DNA of 52,848 nt, taken from the NCBI GenBank assembly GCA_029263035.1, contig JAJCYF010000108.1, positions 1-52,848 of the forward strand, read 5' to 3'. How positions within the stretch are numbered: position 1 is the stretch's first letter; each line of letters opens with the position of its first letter. Made by a program: the position numbers and the translations under genes. Positions 27,455 through 38,358 of this stretch are shown in pieces. The stretch comes from Actinomycetes bacterium (GTDB lineage: Bacteria; Actinomycetota; CADDZG01; JAHWKV01). The notes beneath the pieces were generated by a model, which made no database searches, was not told where the DNA came from, and worked only from the letters and a program-made list of their open reading frames with translations.

Positions 27455-28564
27455 GTGGCCGACGAGCAGCCTGCGCAGCCCAAACGCACCGGCCGCCGCG
27501 CCCGGAGGGAGTACGAGGACGGCTACCGGCTCAGCGAGGTCACCCGCCGTCCGGAGCTGATCATCTGGGCATCACTTATGCCCCTGACCGGATTCGGCGT
27601 GGGCATCGGGCTGGTCACTCTGGGAATCGGCAGCGACGACCCGGCCGTCAACAGGTTCACCGCTCTCCCCGGCTTCATCACCTGGGCGGTGCTGGTGGGG
27701 GCCCTTGTCTCCGTGTGGGCGTTGTTCTCGCTGGCCTGCCTGCCGGCATTCCTCAAGATCTGGTCCACCCTGGGCAAGCGGCGGCGCCTGCCGGTTGCGA
27801 TCTTCGCGGGCGTCTCCATCATCTACGTAACGGCCCAGGTCACCGTTCCGCTGGTCAGCCCTCCCTTCTTCGCCCCCCTGCCGGGATACAAGTGGCGGCT
27901 CGGGGTGCTGACCGCCCTGGGAATCGCCGCCGCCTTCCCGCCCTACGTGGGGACGTGGTCGGTGCTTCTAGGCATGAAAAAGCCGGCCGAGCGGCTGCGC
28001 GCCCTGCAAAGGCGCCGGTATGAAGCCACCAAGTCCCTGATGGACGACCCCGCGACCCTTCCTGAGAGCAGCCCCGAGGTGGCCCTGGAATCCAAAGAAC
28101 TGCCTCGCTGGTCGCCCGAACACGCCTGGCTGGCCGACTACCTGATCAAGTCGCGCGGCCACCTGCAGCTGTTTCTGCTGGCGGGGGCGGTGATCATCGG
28201 ATCGACCACGCTGTCGATGGGGGCGCTGAGGAATGCGCTGATTGCCTGGGACCCAAGCTACGAGGCCCTGATCCCGGCCGAGCACGTCCTGCTCTACGGC
28301 TTGATGTTGGTGTTCTTCCTGGCGGTGATGTACTTCCCCGCCTACATGGCCAACCAGCAGGGTGCCCGGGAGTTGCTGAACGTTATCAGGCCCCTCCCGG
28401 TCGACGGCGTCCCCGAGGCCGCCTGGGTGGAGGAGCGGGAGCGGATGAAGACCATGCTCGGACTGGGCAAACACCCCCTGGAGAACATCCGCTCGGGGGT
28501 GGCCGTGGCGGCGCCTCTGATAATCAGCTACATCTCTACGCTGCTGCCGGCGGCCGGAGGTTAA
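27455..28564 (+). CDS. Hypothetical polytopic membrane protein
   Basis: GTG start with a GGGGGAG SD. About 6-7 hydrophobic helices split by a charged central loop. No recognised family motif. Confidence 0.55.
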   Translation: MADEQPAQPKRTGRRARREYEDGYRLSEVTRRPELIIWASLMPLTGFGVGIGLVTLGIGSDDPAVNRFTALPGFITWAVLVGALVSVWALFSLACLPAFLKIWSTLGKRRRLPVAIFAGVSIIYVTAQVTVPLVSPPFFAPLPGYKWRLGVLTALGIAAAFPPYVGTWSVLLGMKKPAERLRALQRRRYEATKSLMDDPATLPESSPEVALESKELPRWSPEHAWLADYLIKSRGHLQLFLLAGAVIIGSTTLSMGALRNALIAWDPSYEALIPAEHVLLYGLMLVFFLAVMYFPAYMANQQGARELLNVIRPLPVDGVPEAAWVEERERMKTMLGLGKHPLENIRSGVAVAAPLIISYISTLLPAAGG

Positions 28565-28571
28565 CCAGGCC

Positions 28572-28913
28572 TCAGGTTTTTGGCTGGATCAACTTCAGTG
28601 ACTTGGTCATCTCCCGGTAGGCATCGTCGCCCAGCCACTTGCGCCACAGGGCGACGCAGAACTGTTCGACTATTTGCTGGCGGGTTTTGCTCTTGAGCAG
28701 TGACGTCTTGTCGGCGTCACGCAGCAACTCGGCAAACAACGCTTTATGGGTGTCGGCCGCCCGGTCGCCGACGGATGTGGTGGGCGCAGCCTTTTTGGCC
28801 ATCTGTTTGACCGAAGATGCTTCACTGCTTTTCTCCAGCAGCACCATGTAATCCTTGATCAGCTTTTCGGCGTCGTCTTCCGCCTCTTTCATCTTCTTGT
28901 CGAAAAAGCCCAT
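28572..28913 (-). CDS. Hypothetical small Lys/Glu-rich helical protein
   Basis: ATG 28913 (MGFFDKKMKEAEDD) has GAGAGG 6 nt upstream. Visibly AT-richer than its neighbours. The longer 28970 start would run into the pcrA promoter region. Confidence 0.45.
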   Translation of the reverse strand: MGFFDKKMKEAEDDAEKLIKDYMVLLEKSSEASSVKQMAKKAAPTTSVGDRAADTHKALFAELLRDADKTSLLKSKTRQQIVEQFCVALWRKWLGDDAYREMTKSLKLIQPKT

Positions 28914-28971
28914 GGTCGCCTCTCTATTCAATCCCGTGCCGAGCATCATAGTTTCCCTCTTCCCCTTCAAG

Positions 28972-28992
28972 TGTCGGTCGATTTCTTAATCA
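28972..28992 (+). promoter_or_regulatory. Candidate RecA-independent DNA-damage promoter (RecA-NDp-like) upstream of pcrA
   Basis: TGTCGGTC (28972-79), N7, TAATCA (28987-92), compared with the published motif tTGTCRgtg-N8-TAnnnT. One spacing and one -10 deviation. Confidence 0.3.
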
Positions 28993-29030
28993 CGCCGGTC
29001 CTCTGTCCCGCTGCGGGGGATAATTGAGAG

Positions 29031-31276
<2,246 letters not shown>

Positions 31277-31280
<4 letters not shown>

Positions 31281-32764
31281 TTCGACTCGTCCGGCGCAGT
31301 GGTGTCCGCCGCCTCCGGTTTGGATTCCGGCTCGGTTACAGAGCCCGTCCCGGTTTCGTCATCCGCCCCGCTTCGCCTCCGGCGCAGGAACAGTGCCAGG
31401 GCCAACCCCAGGATCACCACCCCGCCGGCAATCATGGCCTGGGGGGCGATTGCCGCGAAGCCGGTGGGTTCCGGCACCTCGCTTTCGAGGTCCTCGGTGA
31501 TCGTCCAGTCGGCGTCCATCCCGATCGGGGCCTCCGACAGTACCCGAAGGTGCTCGGGGAGCAGGGGCAGCATGTCCGGCGGAATGGGGTAGACCCTTCC
31601 GGTCAGCCGCAGACTTGCCTCCACCCGGGAGCTCATCAGTACACCGGTGGCCTCATCGACCACGCTCTCGTGGTTCATTTGCATCGGCCCTTCCATGTTC
31701 AGCGAAACGACGTCCACATTGCGAGCCGGGTCGCTGCAGGCGGCCAGGCCCAGCAGCAGCAGGCACCCCAGCAGCACCCCGCTGCTCCGGCGCGGCCGGC
31801 GGCGGGGACCGGGCCGTGTCGTGCGGCGGGCCTGGGGCTGGGGGATCTGCAGGGGCAGCGGCGGCATCAAGGACTCGTAGGTCGAGCCCGGGGGGAACAG
31901 GGCATTGAACAGCGTTCCGGCAAAAAAGTCGTTGGGCTCAGGCTCCTCTAATCCCTGCAGCGCACCTTCGGCGTTGTCCATGGCTCGTACCCGCAGCAGG
32001 TTTGCCGAGGCAATGTGGACGCCCTTCACCCGGACCACGTCCCGGTCATCCTCAACCGCCGGCCCCTCCACGGATATCGATCCGTCGAGGGTGTGGTAGC
32101 CCAGCGCCCAGCCCGCCGGGAGGGATCCGGTGTCTTTGAATGAGTCGCCGGCAGCGTAATCGTCGGAGGGTATGACGGGGTTGAACAGGTGGGCTTTGAT
32201 GGCCATGTCGACCATCCTCAGGGCGCCGATGTCGCCGAATGACTTGACGGTCTCCGGGTTTCCCAGAGTGGGTTCTCCATCCGAATCGGAGTCCATGACC
32301 AGCCGCACCTGTGAGGAGGACGGCCGGAACTGGACCCTGCGCTGTAATGCGGCAGCCTCCTCTGCTTCCGCCAGGAACCCCTCAGCCGACGCCTCGGTGA
32401 CCTCGAGCGTGACCAGTGGACCGTCCCCGTCAATCGTGACCGATTCCACCAGCACCATCTCCAGTGACCCGGTCTGGGGGCCGGCCGGGTGCGGGCCTGT
32501 GGGTTGCAGCTTCTGTTCCACCTTTACCCGGTAGGCCAGCCGGTCGCCGTCCGAGTACTCCCGGACGGTTCCACCGGCCATGGTGCGCTCCATATCGGGA
32601 AAGCCCCCGGTCCCATGTTCGTGGCCGGGCGTCCCGGTGGGCGCCGGCGCGGACGGAGGGACCGTGTGGTTTTCGCTGGCGCGGGCGGAGCCGGCGCTGG
32701 ATCCGAGCGCCAGCAGGACCGCCACCAGGGCGGCCAGAATCCGGGTGCCCCCCGGGATCGCCAT
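31277..32764 (-). CDS. Exported hypothetical protein with internal lipoprotein-type signal and C-terminal TM
   Basis: N-terminal Sec signal (ILAALVAVLLALGSSAGSARA-SE). Internal RRRPRRSSGVLLGCLLLLGLAAC at residues about 320-343. C-terminal TM GGVVILGLALALFL followed by RRRR and an acidic tail. Confidence 0.55.
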
Positions 32765-32766
32765 GG

Positions 32767-33642
32767 TTAGACGGCCCCGTTGAGGCCGGCGCCGGCCTTG
32801 TCCAGCACCTGCTCCCGGGCCCCGGCCAGGGACCGCACCAGGGCACCCATCCGGGGGGGCTTGGCGACCAGTCCCGGCGTGAGGCCCCGCTCCTCGAGGG
32901 CGACCGAGGCCACAGAACCAACAGAGGCCAGAAAGACGCGGCTCTGGAGCGCCTGCTGCAGCGGCTCCTCCATGCCGATGTCTCCGGCAATCTCGAACAA
33001 CTTGCGAATCTGGGGGGCGCTGGTCACGACCAGCGCATGCACCCTCCCGGCGGCCAGCTCCCGTATCAGCCGGTGAGCGGGCTCCCGGTCTGCGGGAATT
33101 TCCCAGCGGTAGGTCGCCAGCTCGATTACCCGGGCCCCGGCCTTCTCCAGCGGACCGGTCAGGCCGGCAACCGGCTCGCCGTGGCGCTGAACGGCCACCA
33201 CGTCGCCCCGGGCGACCTTGTCGTCCATCCAGGCTGCGATCTCCTTCGATGTCTCACCCTCGGGCACCCACTCCGCCGTCAGGCCGTAGCTGCGAAGGGC
33301 CGATGAGGCCTTCTGGCCGCGGGCGACCACCCGCGTCCGGCCCAGGACGGCCAGAAGCGGGTCGAGCAGACCGTGGTCCTGTGCGATGTTGAACCAGCGT
33401 TTGGTTCCTACTCCGGTCAGGTGCACCGACCAGGCGGCCGGTGCATCGAGAACCGCTCGGGTGGCGTCGACCACCGGTCCCGGGTCCTCGACCTCCACCT
33501 CCTCGACGGCGGGGCCCACCAGCGGGGTGCCTCCCCATCGCTGGATCAGCCGGGCGGTTTCCACCGACCTGCGGGCGGCGGGAACGCCAATGACCATCCC
33601 GGCCAGGCCGTCTGAGGGATGCTCTTCGAACTCTGAAGTCAA
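32767..33642 (-). CDS. Uroporphyrinogen-III synthase (HemD)-like protein
   Basis: TTG start with an AAGGA SD. Two-lobed alpha/beta pattern (VIGVPAARR...A.LI...G..P; VVTSAPQIRKLFE...; V.VASVG.V) resembling the HemD family. By-eye assignment only. Confidence 0.45.
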   Translation of the reverse strand: MTSEFEEHPSDGLAGMVIGVPAARRSVETARLIQRWGGTPLVGPAVEEVEVEDPGPVVDATRAVLDAPAAWSVHLTGVGTKRWFNIAQDHGLLDPLLAVLGRTRVVARGQKASSALRSYGLTAEWVPEGETSKEIAAWMDDKVARGDVVAVQRHGEPVAGLTGPLEKAGARVIELATYRWEIPADREPAHRLIRELAAGRVHALVVTSAPQIRKLFEIAGDIGMEEPLQQALQSRVFLASVGSVASVALEERGLTPGLVAKPPRMGALVRSLAGAREQVLDKAGAGLNGAV

Positions 33643-33719
33643 TCTCGGGTCCTTACCTTGGTGGCGGGCAGTCCATTTTAGGGGGGTGCGCCAAGTAAGC
33701 CCGGCGGTAAACTCGGACC

Positions 33720-34298
33720 ATGACTTTGGACGAGGCCCGGGCGTTGATGCACGAGTGGGTCACCAGCGACGCCCTGCGCATTCACATGGAGGCGGTGGCG
33801 GTCTGCACCGGGGCCTATGCCGACCGGCTGGACCCGGAGGACGCCGAGCGCTGGCGGGTCGCCGCCCTGCTCCACGACTTCGACTACGAGCGCTTCCCGA
33901 CCCTGGGCGATCACCCGTTCGTAGGCGTCAAGGAGCTGGAACGCCTGGGGGTCGACGAGGAGATCCGCACCGCGATCCTGGGTCACGCCGACTTCAGCGG
34001 GGTCCCCCGTGAGTCCCCGATGTCCAAGGCGCTCTACGCGTGCGACGAGCTGGCGGGATTCATAGTCGCCTGCTGCAAGGTCCGCCCGAACGGGATCGGG
34101 GACCTGGAGCCCAAAAGTGTGAAGAAGAAGCTGAAGGACAAGGCGTTCGCCGCCGCGGTCAACCGGCAGGACATCGCCCGGGGTATCGGCGAGCTGGGGC
34201 CGGTCTGCGGCGAGCCCGACCCGGCAGTTTTCGGAACCCGGCACATCCAGACCTGCATCGACGCTCTTCGGGGCGAGAGGGACCGGCTGGGAATCTAG
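33720..34298 (+). CDS. HD-domain metal-dependent phosphohydrolase
   Basis: H...LLHDFDY, then GHADFSG and ALYACDEL, as in HD/HDIG proteins. Confidence 0.8.
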   Translation: MTLDEARALMHEWVTSDALRIHMEAVAVCTGAYADRLDPEDAERWRVAALLHDFDYERFPTLGDHPFVGVKELERLGVDEEIRTAILGHADFSGVPRESPMSKALYACDELAGFIVACCKVRPNGIGDLEPKSVKKKLKDKAFAAAVNRQDIARGIGELGPVCGEPDPAVFGTRHIQTCIDALRGERDRLGI

Positions 34299-34609
34299 AT
34301 CTCGATCTGGACCTCGTCGCCCACCACTCTCACCGGGTAGGTGAGCAGCGGTTCTTCGGGCGGGCCGTCCAGCACCTCGCCGGTGGTGACGTCGAACTCG
34401 CCGTCGTGGCACGGACAGATGATGACCGTGCCGCTGAGGTCTCCGTCGGCAAGCGAGCACTGCTCGTGGGTGCAGGTATCGTCGAAGGCGTAGTACTTGT
34501 CGTCGACAACTGCGATCGAGATGAGCTGGCCGTCGACATCGAACTGTTTGACCTCAACCTCCTCCAGCTCGCTCACCTTCGCTACTGGAACGAAGTCACT
34601 CATCCTCAT
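34295..34609 (-). CDS. Rieske [2Fe-2S] ferredoxin-like protein
   Basis: CTHEQC ... CPCHDGEF (CxH-x17-CxxH). 104 aa. 14-nt overlap with the upstream MOSC gene. Confidence 0.88.
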   Translation of the reverse strand: MRMSDFVPVAKVSELEEVEVKQFDVDGQLISIAVVDDKYYAFDDTCTHEQCSLADGDLSGTVIICPCHDGEFDVTTGEVLDGPPEEPLLTYPVRVVGDEVQIEI

Positions 34610-35321
34610 CCTCCCGACTGTCCTTGGCTGGGATATTAGGGGAAGCCGAGTCGTCGCTCCAGGGATATTGCAAAGGCAGGTTCAAGGCGCCCAGCACCTG
34701 GTCCCACTCCTCGGGCGTCGGCTCCTCCGGTATGAGCTCCAACAGGAGTCGGGCGAGCTCCCGATCATGGCTGTTCAGGAAAGCGATCATTCCGATGCTT
34801 ATGGGGTGGGAGGGCCTGGAGATCACCTCAACCGGGTCCCCGGCGGCGACGTCGCCCTCCCGGATGATCGACAGGTAGGCGCCCGACCGGCCGGCCTCCC
34901 GGAAGCGCCGCACGAACGTCTTGTCCTGCATCTTGGCTGCCAGCTTCCAGCACGGCTGCCGGGGCTGGGTCACCGCCAGCACCGCGCTGCCCACCGCCCA
35001 CCGTTCTCCGATCAGGGCGTCGGTGGTCGATACGCCTTCCAGGGTCAGGTTCTCCCCGAAGGTCGCGGGCGCCAGGGTAGTACCCAGCTCCTGCTCCCAC
35101 CACGCGTAGTCCTCCAGGGCGTAGGAGTAGACGGCTTTATAGGGACCGCCGTGAACCCGCAGGTCGGCCTGCACGTCGCCTTCGACCGAGTTGCCGAAGA
35201 TCCGCACCCGGCCCGCAACGGGCTGTTTGAAGATGCCGGTCTTGTGGGGTTGTCCCTGTAGTTCGAGCTCCTGCGGCTGCCCGACGTTCACCGATCGGAC
35301 CACGCCTGCGCTGTTCGTCAT
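34596..35321 (-). CDS. MOSC-domain protein (YiiM-like)
   Basis: GDVQADLRVHGGPYKAVYSY, GENLTLEG, and AVTQPRQPCWKLA (conserved MOSC cysteine). Confidence 0.87.
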   Translation of the reverse strand: MTNSAGVVRSVNVGQPQELELQGQPHKTGIFKQPVAGRVRIFGNSVEGDVQADLRVHGGPYKAVYSYALEDYAWWEQELGTTLAPATFGENLTLEGVSTTDALIGERWAVGSAVLAVTQPRQPCWKLAAKMQDKTFVRRFREAGRSGAYLSIIREGDVAAGDPVEVISRPSHPISIGMIAFLNSHDRELARLLLELIPEEPTPEEWDQVLGALNLPLQYPWSDDSASPNIPAKDSREDEDE

Positions 35322-35365
35322 GAATAGATAGTAATTGGGGGTGCCGTGCTAGATAGGATCGCCCG

Positions 35366-36577
35366 ATGGATACCCAGGCGGAGGTTCCCGAGGCGTGGAT
35401 GGGCCCCGGGGTAGCCGGGATCGGCCTGGCGAGCTTCTTCTCCGATGCGGGGCACGAAATCTCGACCGCACTGCTGCCAGACCTGCTGACCGCCACCCTC
35501 GGGGCGCCGGCTTCGGTTCTCGGCCTTATCGAGGGGATCTCCGACGGCGCGGCCGGTGCGGCCAAGCTGGCCGGGGGAGCGCTGGCGGACGATCCGTCCC
35601 GCAGGCGCTCGATAGCAATCGGCGGGTACACCACCACCGCGGTCCTGGTGAGTATCACCTCTGCCGCCACCGCGGCCTGGCAGGTGGGGGTCCTGAGAGC
35701 AGGCGCCTGGGCTGCCCGGGGGGCCCGGGGACCGGCCCGCAACGCGATCCTCGCCGACCTGGTCCCCCCTACCGCCTACGGCCGCGCCTACGGCTTCGAA
35801 CGGGCGATGGACAACCTGGGCGCGATCGCCGGACCGCTGCTGGCGATCCTCCTGGTGGGCCTGGTGGGGGTCCGCAACGCGATCGCGCTGTCGATCGTGC
35901 CCGGGCTGCTTGCGACCGCCTGCATTTACCACGCCGTCCGGCGAGTGCCCCGGCCGGCCCGGGGAGAGAGGCAGCCGATCCGGCTGAAGATTCGCCCGGT
36001 CCTCAGGGGGCGTCTGGGCCGGGTGATGATCGGGATAACCGCGTTCGAGTTCGGAAACGTCGCAGCCACGCTGCTCATCCTGAGGGCGACCGAACTGCTG
36101 CTACCTGCGTACGGCCGGCAGGTTTCGACCCAGCTGGCAATCGGGCTGTATGCCGTCTACAACGCGGCCGCTACGCTGAGCAGCGTTCCGGCCGGCCGGG
36201 TAAGCGACGCCCGTGGAACCACCCGTGTTCTGGCGTTCGGGGTGGCCATGTTCGCGGTGGCCAATCTGGGTTTTGCGATGACCGGGGACGGCGTGGCGGC
36301 TCTGGCGCCCTGGTTCATCGCCGCCGGTATCGGGATCGGGTGCGTGGAAACCTCGGAGCACGCGGCGGTTGCCGGCTTCGCCCCCCCGGCCATCCGGTCC
36401 TCCGCCTTCGGCCTGCTCGCGACGGTTCAGAGTCTGGGCAACTTCATCGCCAGCGCACTGGTGGGGCTGCTCTGGACCGCCTTTTCGCCCGAGGCGGGGT
36501 TTCTGTTCGTCACGGCCTGCATGGTGGTCTCGCTGGGGGCGATCCTTGCGACCCGGTCAGGGCGTCCTACCAGGTAA
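35366..36577 (+). CDS. MFS transporter
   Basis: About 12 hydrophobic helices. Loop motifs G.LADD.SRRR and G.VSDARG typical of the MFS 2-3 and 8-9 loops. Confidence 0.8.
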   Translation: MDTQAEVPEAWMGPGVAGIGLASFFSDAGHEISTALLPDLLTATLGAPASVLGLIEGISDGAAGAAKLAGGALADDPSRRRSIAIGGYTTTAVLVSITSAATAAWQVGVLRAGAWAARGARGPARNAILADLVPPTAYGRAYGFERAMDNLGAIAGPLLAILLVGLVGVRNAIALSIVPGLLATACIYHAVRRVPRPARGERQPIRLKIRPVLRGRLGRVMIGITAFEFGNVAATLLILRATELLLPAYGRQVSTQLAIGLYAVYNAAATLSSVPAGRVSDARGTTRVLAFGVAMFAVANLGFAMTGDGVAALAPWFIAAGIGIGCVETSEHAAVAGFAPPAIRSSAFGLLATVQSLGNFIASALVGLLWTAFSPEAGFLFVTACMVVSLGAILATRSGRPTR

Positions 36578-37130
36578 CGGTCCAGACGGCCGCGTCGGGT
36601 TGCACGATCCCTTTGGGGTTCAGCTCCTCGATGGACCCCACCAGTCCCCACTCCAGAGCTTTGTCCGGGTTGGCAACCACCGGTTTGGAGCCTCTCCCGT
36701 AGAGCGTTCCGACCAGATCCTCCGGCAGGTTGGCTCGCTCCGAAACGATCCTGCGTGCGGACAGCACGTCGTTTTGCATCCGCTCGCCCACGTCGTCGAG
36801 CGCGTCCAGCCGCTGGGAGGAGTCGAAGCTCCAGGCAAACGGGTGGAAGTAGAAGCGGGAGATCGGCGAGCAGGTACGGGTGGTCCCGGACAGGAAAACC
36901 GGAACCCCCATGCTCTCGACGTGGCCGGAGGCGTGCATGTGGACCGGCCGGGGCAGGGAGCGGAAGAAGTTGTAGAGCGACAGGCCCTCCCGAGTGTCCC
37001 CGCCCTCGCTGGAGAACAAAACGGTCAGAGAGTCGAAGTCGTCCTGGTCCAGGATCGAGGCCACGCGGGCCCGCAGGGCATTCCCCGGGGTGGCCTTCAT
37101 AGGGCCGTTGAAAACAAGCCGGTAGTTCAC
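36567..37130 (-). CDS. ClpP/crotonase-fold S14-like peptidase homolog (orphan)
   Basis: GTG start with a GGAGG SD. FSSEGGD (compare ClpP INSPGG). GHVESMG (compare GxAASMG, catalytic Ser). RFYFHP (compare xIHQP, catalytic His). The equivalent of the catalytic Asp is not obvious. Confidence 0.5.
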   Translation of the reverse strand: MNYRLVFNGPMKATPGNALRARVASILDQDDFDSLTVLFSSEGGDTREGLSLYNFFRSLPRPVHMHASGHVESMGVPVFLSGTTRTCSPISRFYFHPFAWSFDSSQRLDALDDVGERMQNDVLSARRIVSERANLPEDLVGTLYGRGSKPVVANPDKALEWGLVGSIEELNPKGIVQPDAAVWTVTW

Positions 37131-37202
37131 CTGGTGCCTCCACTAAAGCCGTCGAGAAGCGCCTACCGTAGTGCATTTAGCCGGGCCCATGGGTCGGCCT
37201 GA

Positions 37203-37208
37203 TAATCT
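37203..37208 (+). promoter_or_regulatory. Candidate extended -10 element (TGA-TAATCT) for sucC
   Basis: TAATCT lies 7 nt upstream of the TTG start and is preceded by TGn. No SD between them, which suggests a leaderless or very short-leader transcript. Confidence 0.3.
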
Positions 37209-37215
37209 TTGACAC

Positions 37216-38358
37216 TTGGACCTTCTCGAGTACCAGGGCAAGGAGCTGTTTCGCAGGTGGGGCCTGGCCGTGCCCGAAGGGCAGGTGGCCGGGAATCCCG
37301 AGGCTGCGGCAATGGCGGCGCGGGCGCTGGGGCCGGTGGTTGCGGTCAAAGCGCAGGTGCGGATCGGCGGCCGGGGAAAGGCCGGGGGCGTGAAGGTCGT
37401 TTCCACTCCCGAGGATGCCCACAGTGCCGCTGAGTCGATTCTGGCGCTCACAATCAAAGACCACCCGGTGCGGGAGGTGTTAATAGAAGCGGGCGTGGAC
37501 ATCGCAAGCGAGTCCTACTTTTCGATCCTTCTCGACCGTGCCGCCCGGACGCATCTGGTCATCGCCTCGGCCAGGGGCGGGATGGACATCGAGGCGGTGG
37601 CCGCCGAGACGCCGGAGCAGGTGGTCCGGACCCCGGTGGATCCGTTGATGGGCCTGCAGAACTTCCAGCTCGCCCGGATCCTGACCGGGCTGGGCATCCC
37701 CAAGGAGTCCCGAAAGCAGGGGGCCGATGCCGTCCGCCGGCTGTACCGGCTCTACACCGAGGCGGAGGCGACCCTGGTGGAGGTCAACCCGCTGGTGGTG
37801 ACCGGTGACGGTGAGGTGATCGCCTTGGACTCCAAGGTCTCGATCGACGATTCGGCCCTGTTCCGGCATCCCGACTTTGCCGCCTACGCCGCCCCGGGCA
37901 CGCCGGATTCGCAGGAGTCGAAGGCCGCCGAGCAGGGATTGTCCACCTTCGTGAAGCTGGACGGGGACATCGGGATCATCGGGAACGGCGCCGGGCTGGT
38001 AATTTCCACACTGGATCTGGTGGATCTAGTGGGCGGCAGAGCCGCCAACTTTCTCGATGTCGGTGGGGGAGCCGACGCTGAGGTCCTTTCGAACGCACTG
38101 CAGCTCATCCTGGCGGACGGCAGAGCCAAGGCGGTGTTGGTTAACATCTTCGGGGGCATCACCCGTTGCGATCTGGTCGCTAAAGGAGTGGTCGACGCTC
38201 TCGGTGCAGTGGAGGTCAGAATCCCAATTGTTGTCAGATTGGCCGGAACGAATGCGGAAGCGGGATTGAGCATTCTGAACCAGGCCGGGCACCCGATGCT
38301 GTTCCCCGTGGGGACCATGATCCAGGGAGCCGAAAAAGCGGTGGAGGCTACACGATGA
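37216..38358 (+). CDS. sucC: Succinyl-CoA synthetase beta subunit
   Basis: TTG start giving MDLLEYQGKELFRRWGLAVPEG. ATP-grasp domain, then a C-terminal GGITRCD..A.G. Confidence 0.94.
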   Translation: MDLLEYQGKELFRRWGLAVPEGQVAGNPEAAAMAARALGPVVAVKAQVRIGGRGKAGGVKVVSTPEDAHSAAESILALTIKDHPVREVLIEAGVDIASESYFSILLDRAARTHLVIASARGGMDIEAVAAETPEQVVRTPVDPLMGLQNFQLARILTGLGIPKESRKQGADAVRRLYRLYTEAEATLVEVNPLVVTGDGEVIALDSKVSIDDSALFRHPDFAAYAAPGTPDSQESKAAEQGLSTFVKLDGDIGIIGNGAGLVISTLDLVDLVGGRAANFLDVGGGADAEVLSNALQLILADGRAKAVLVNIFGGITRCDLVAKGVVDALGAVEVRIPIVVRLAGTNAEAGLSILNQAGHPMLFPVGTMIQGAEKAVEATR

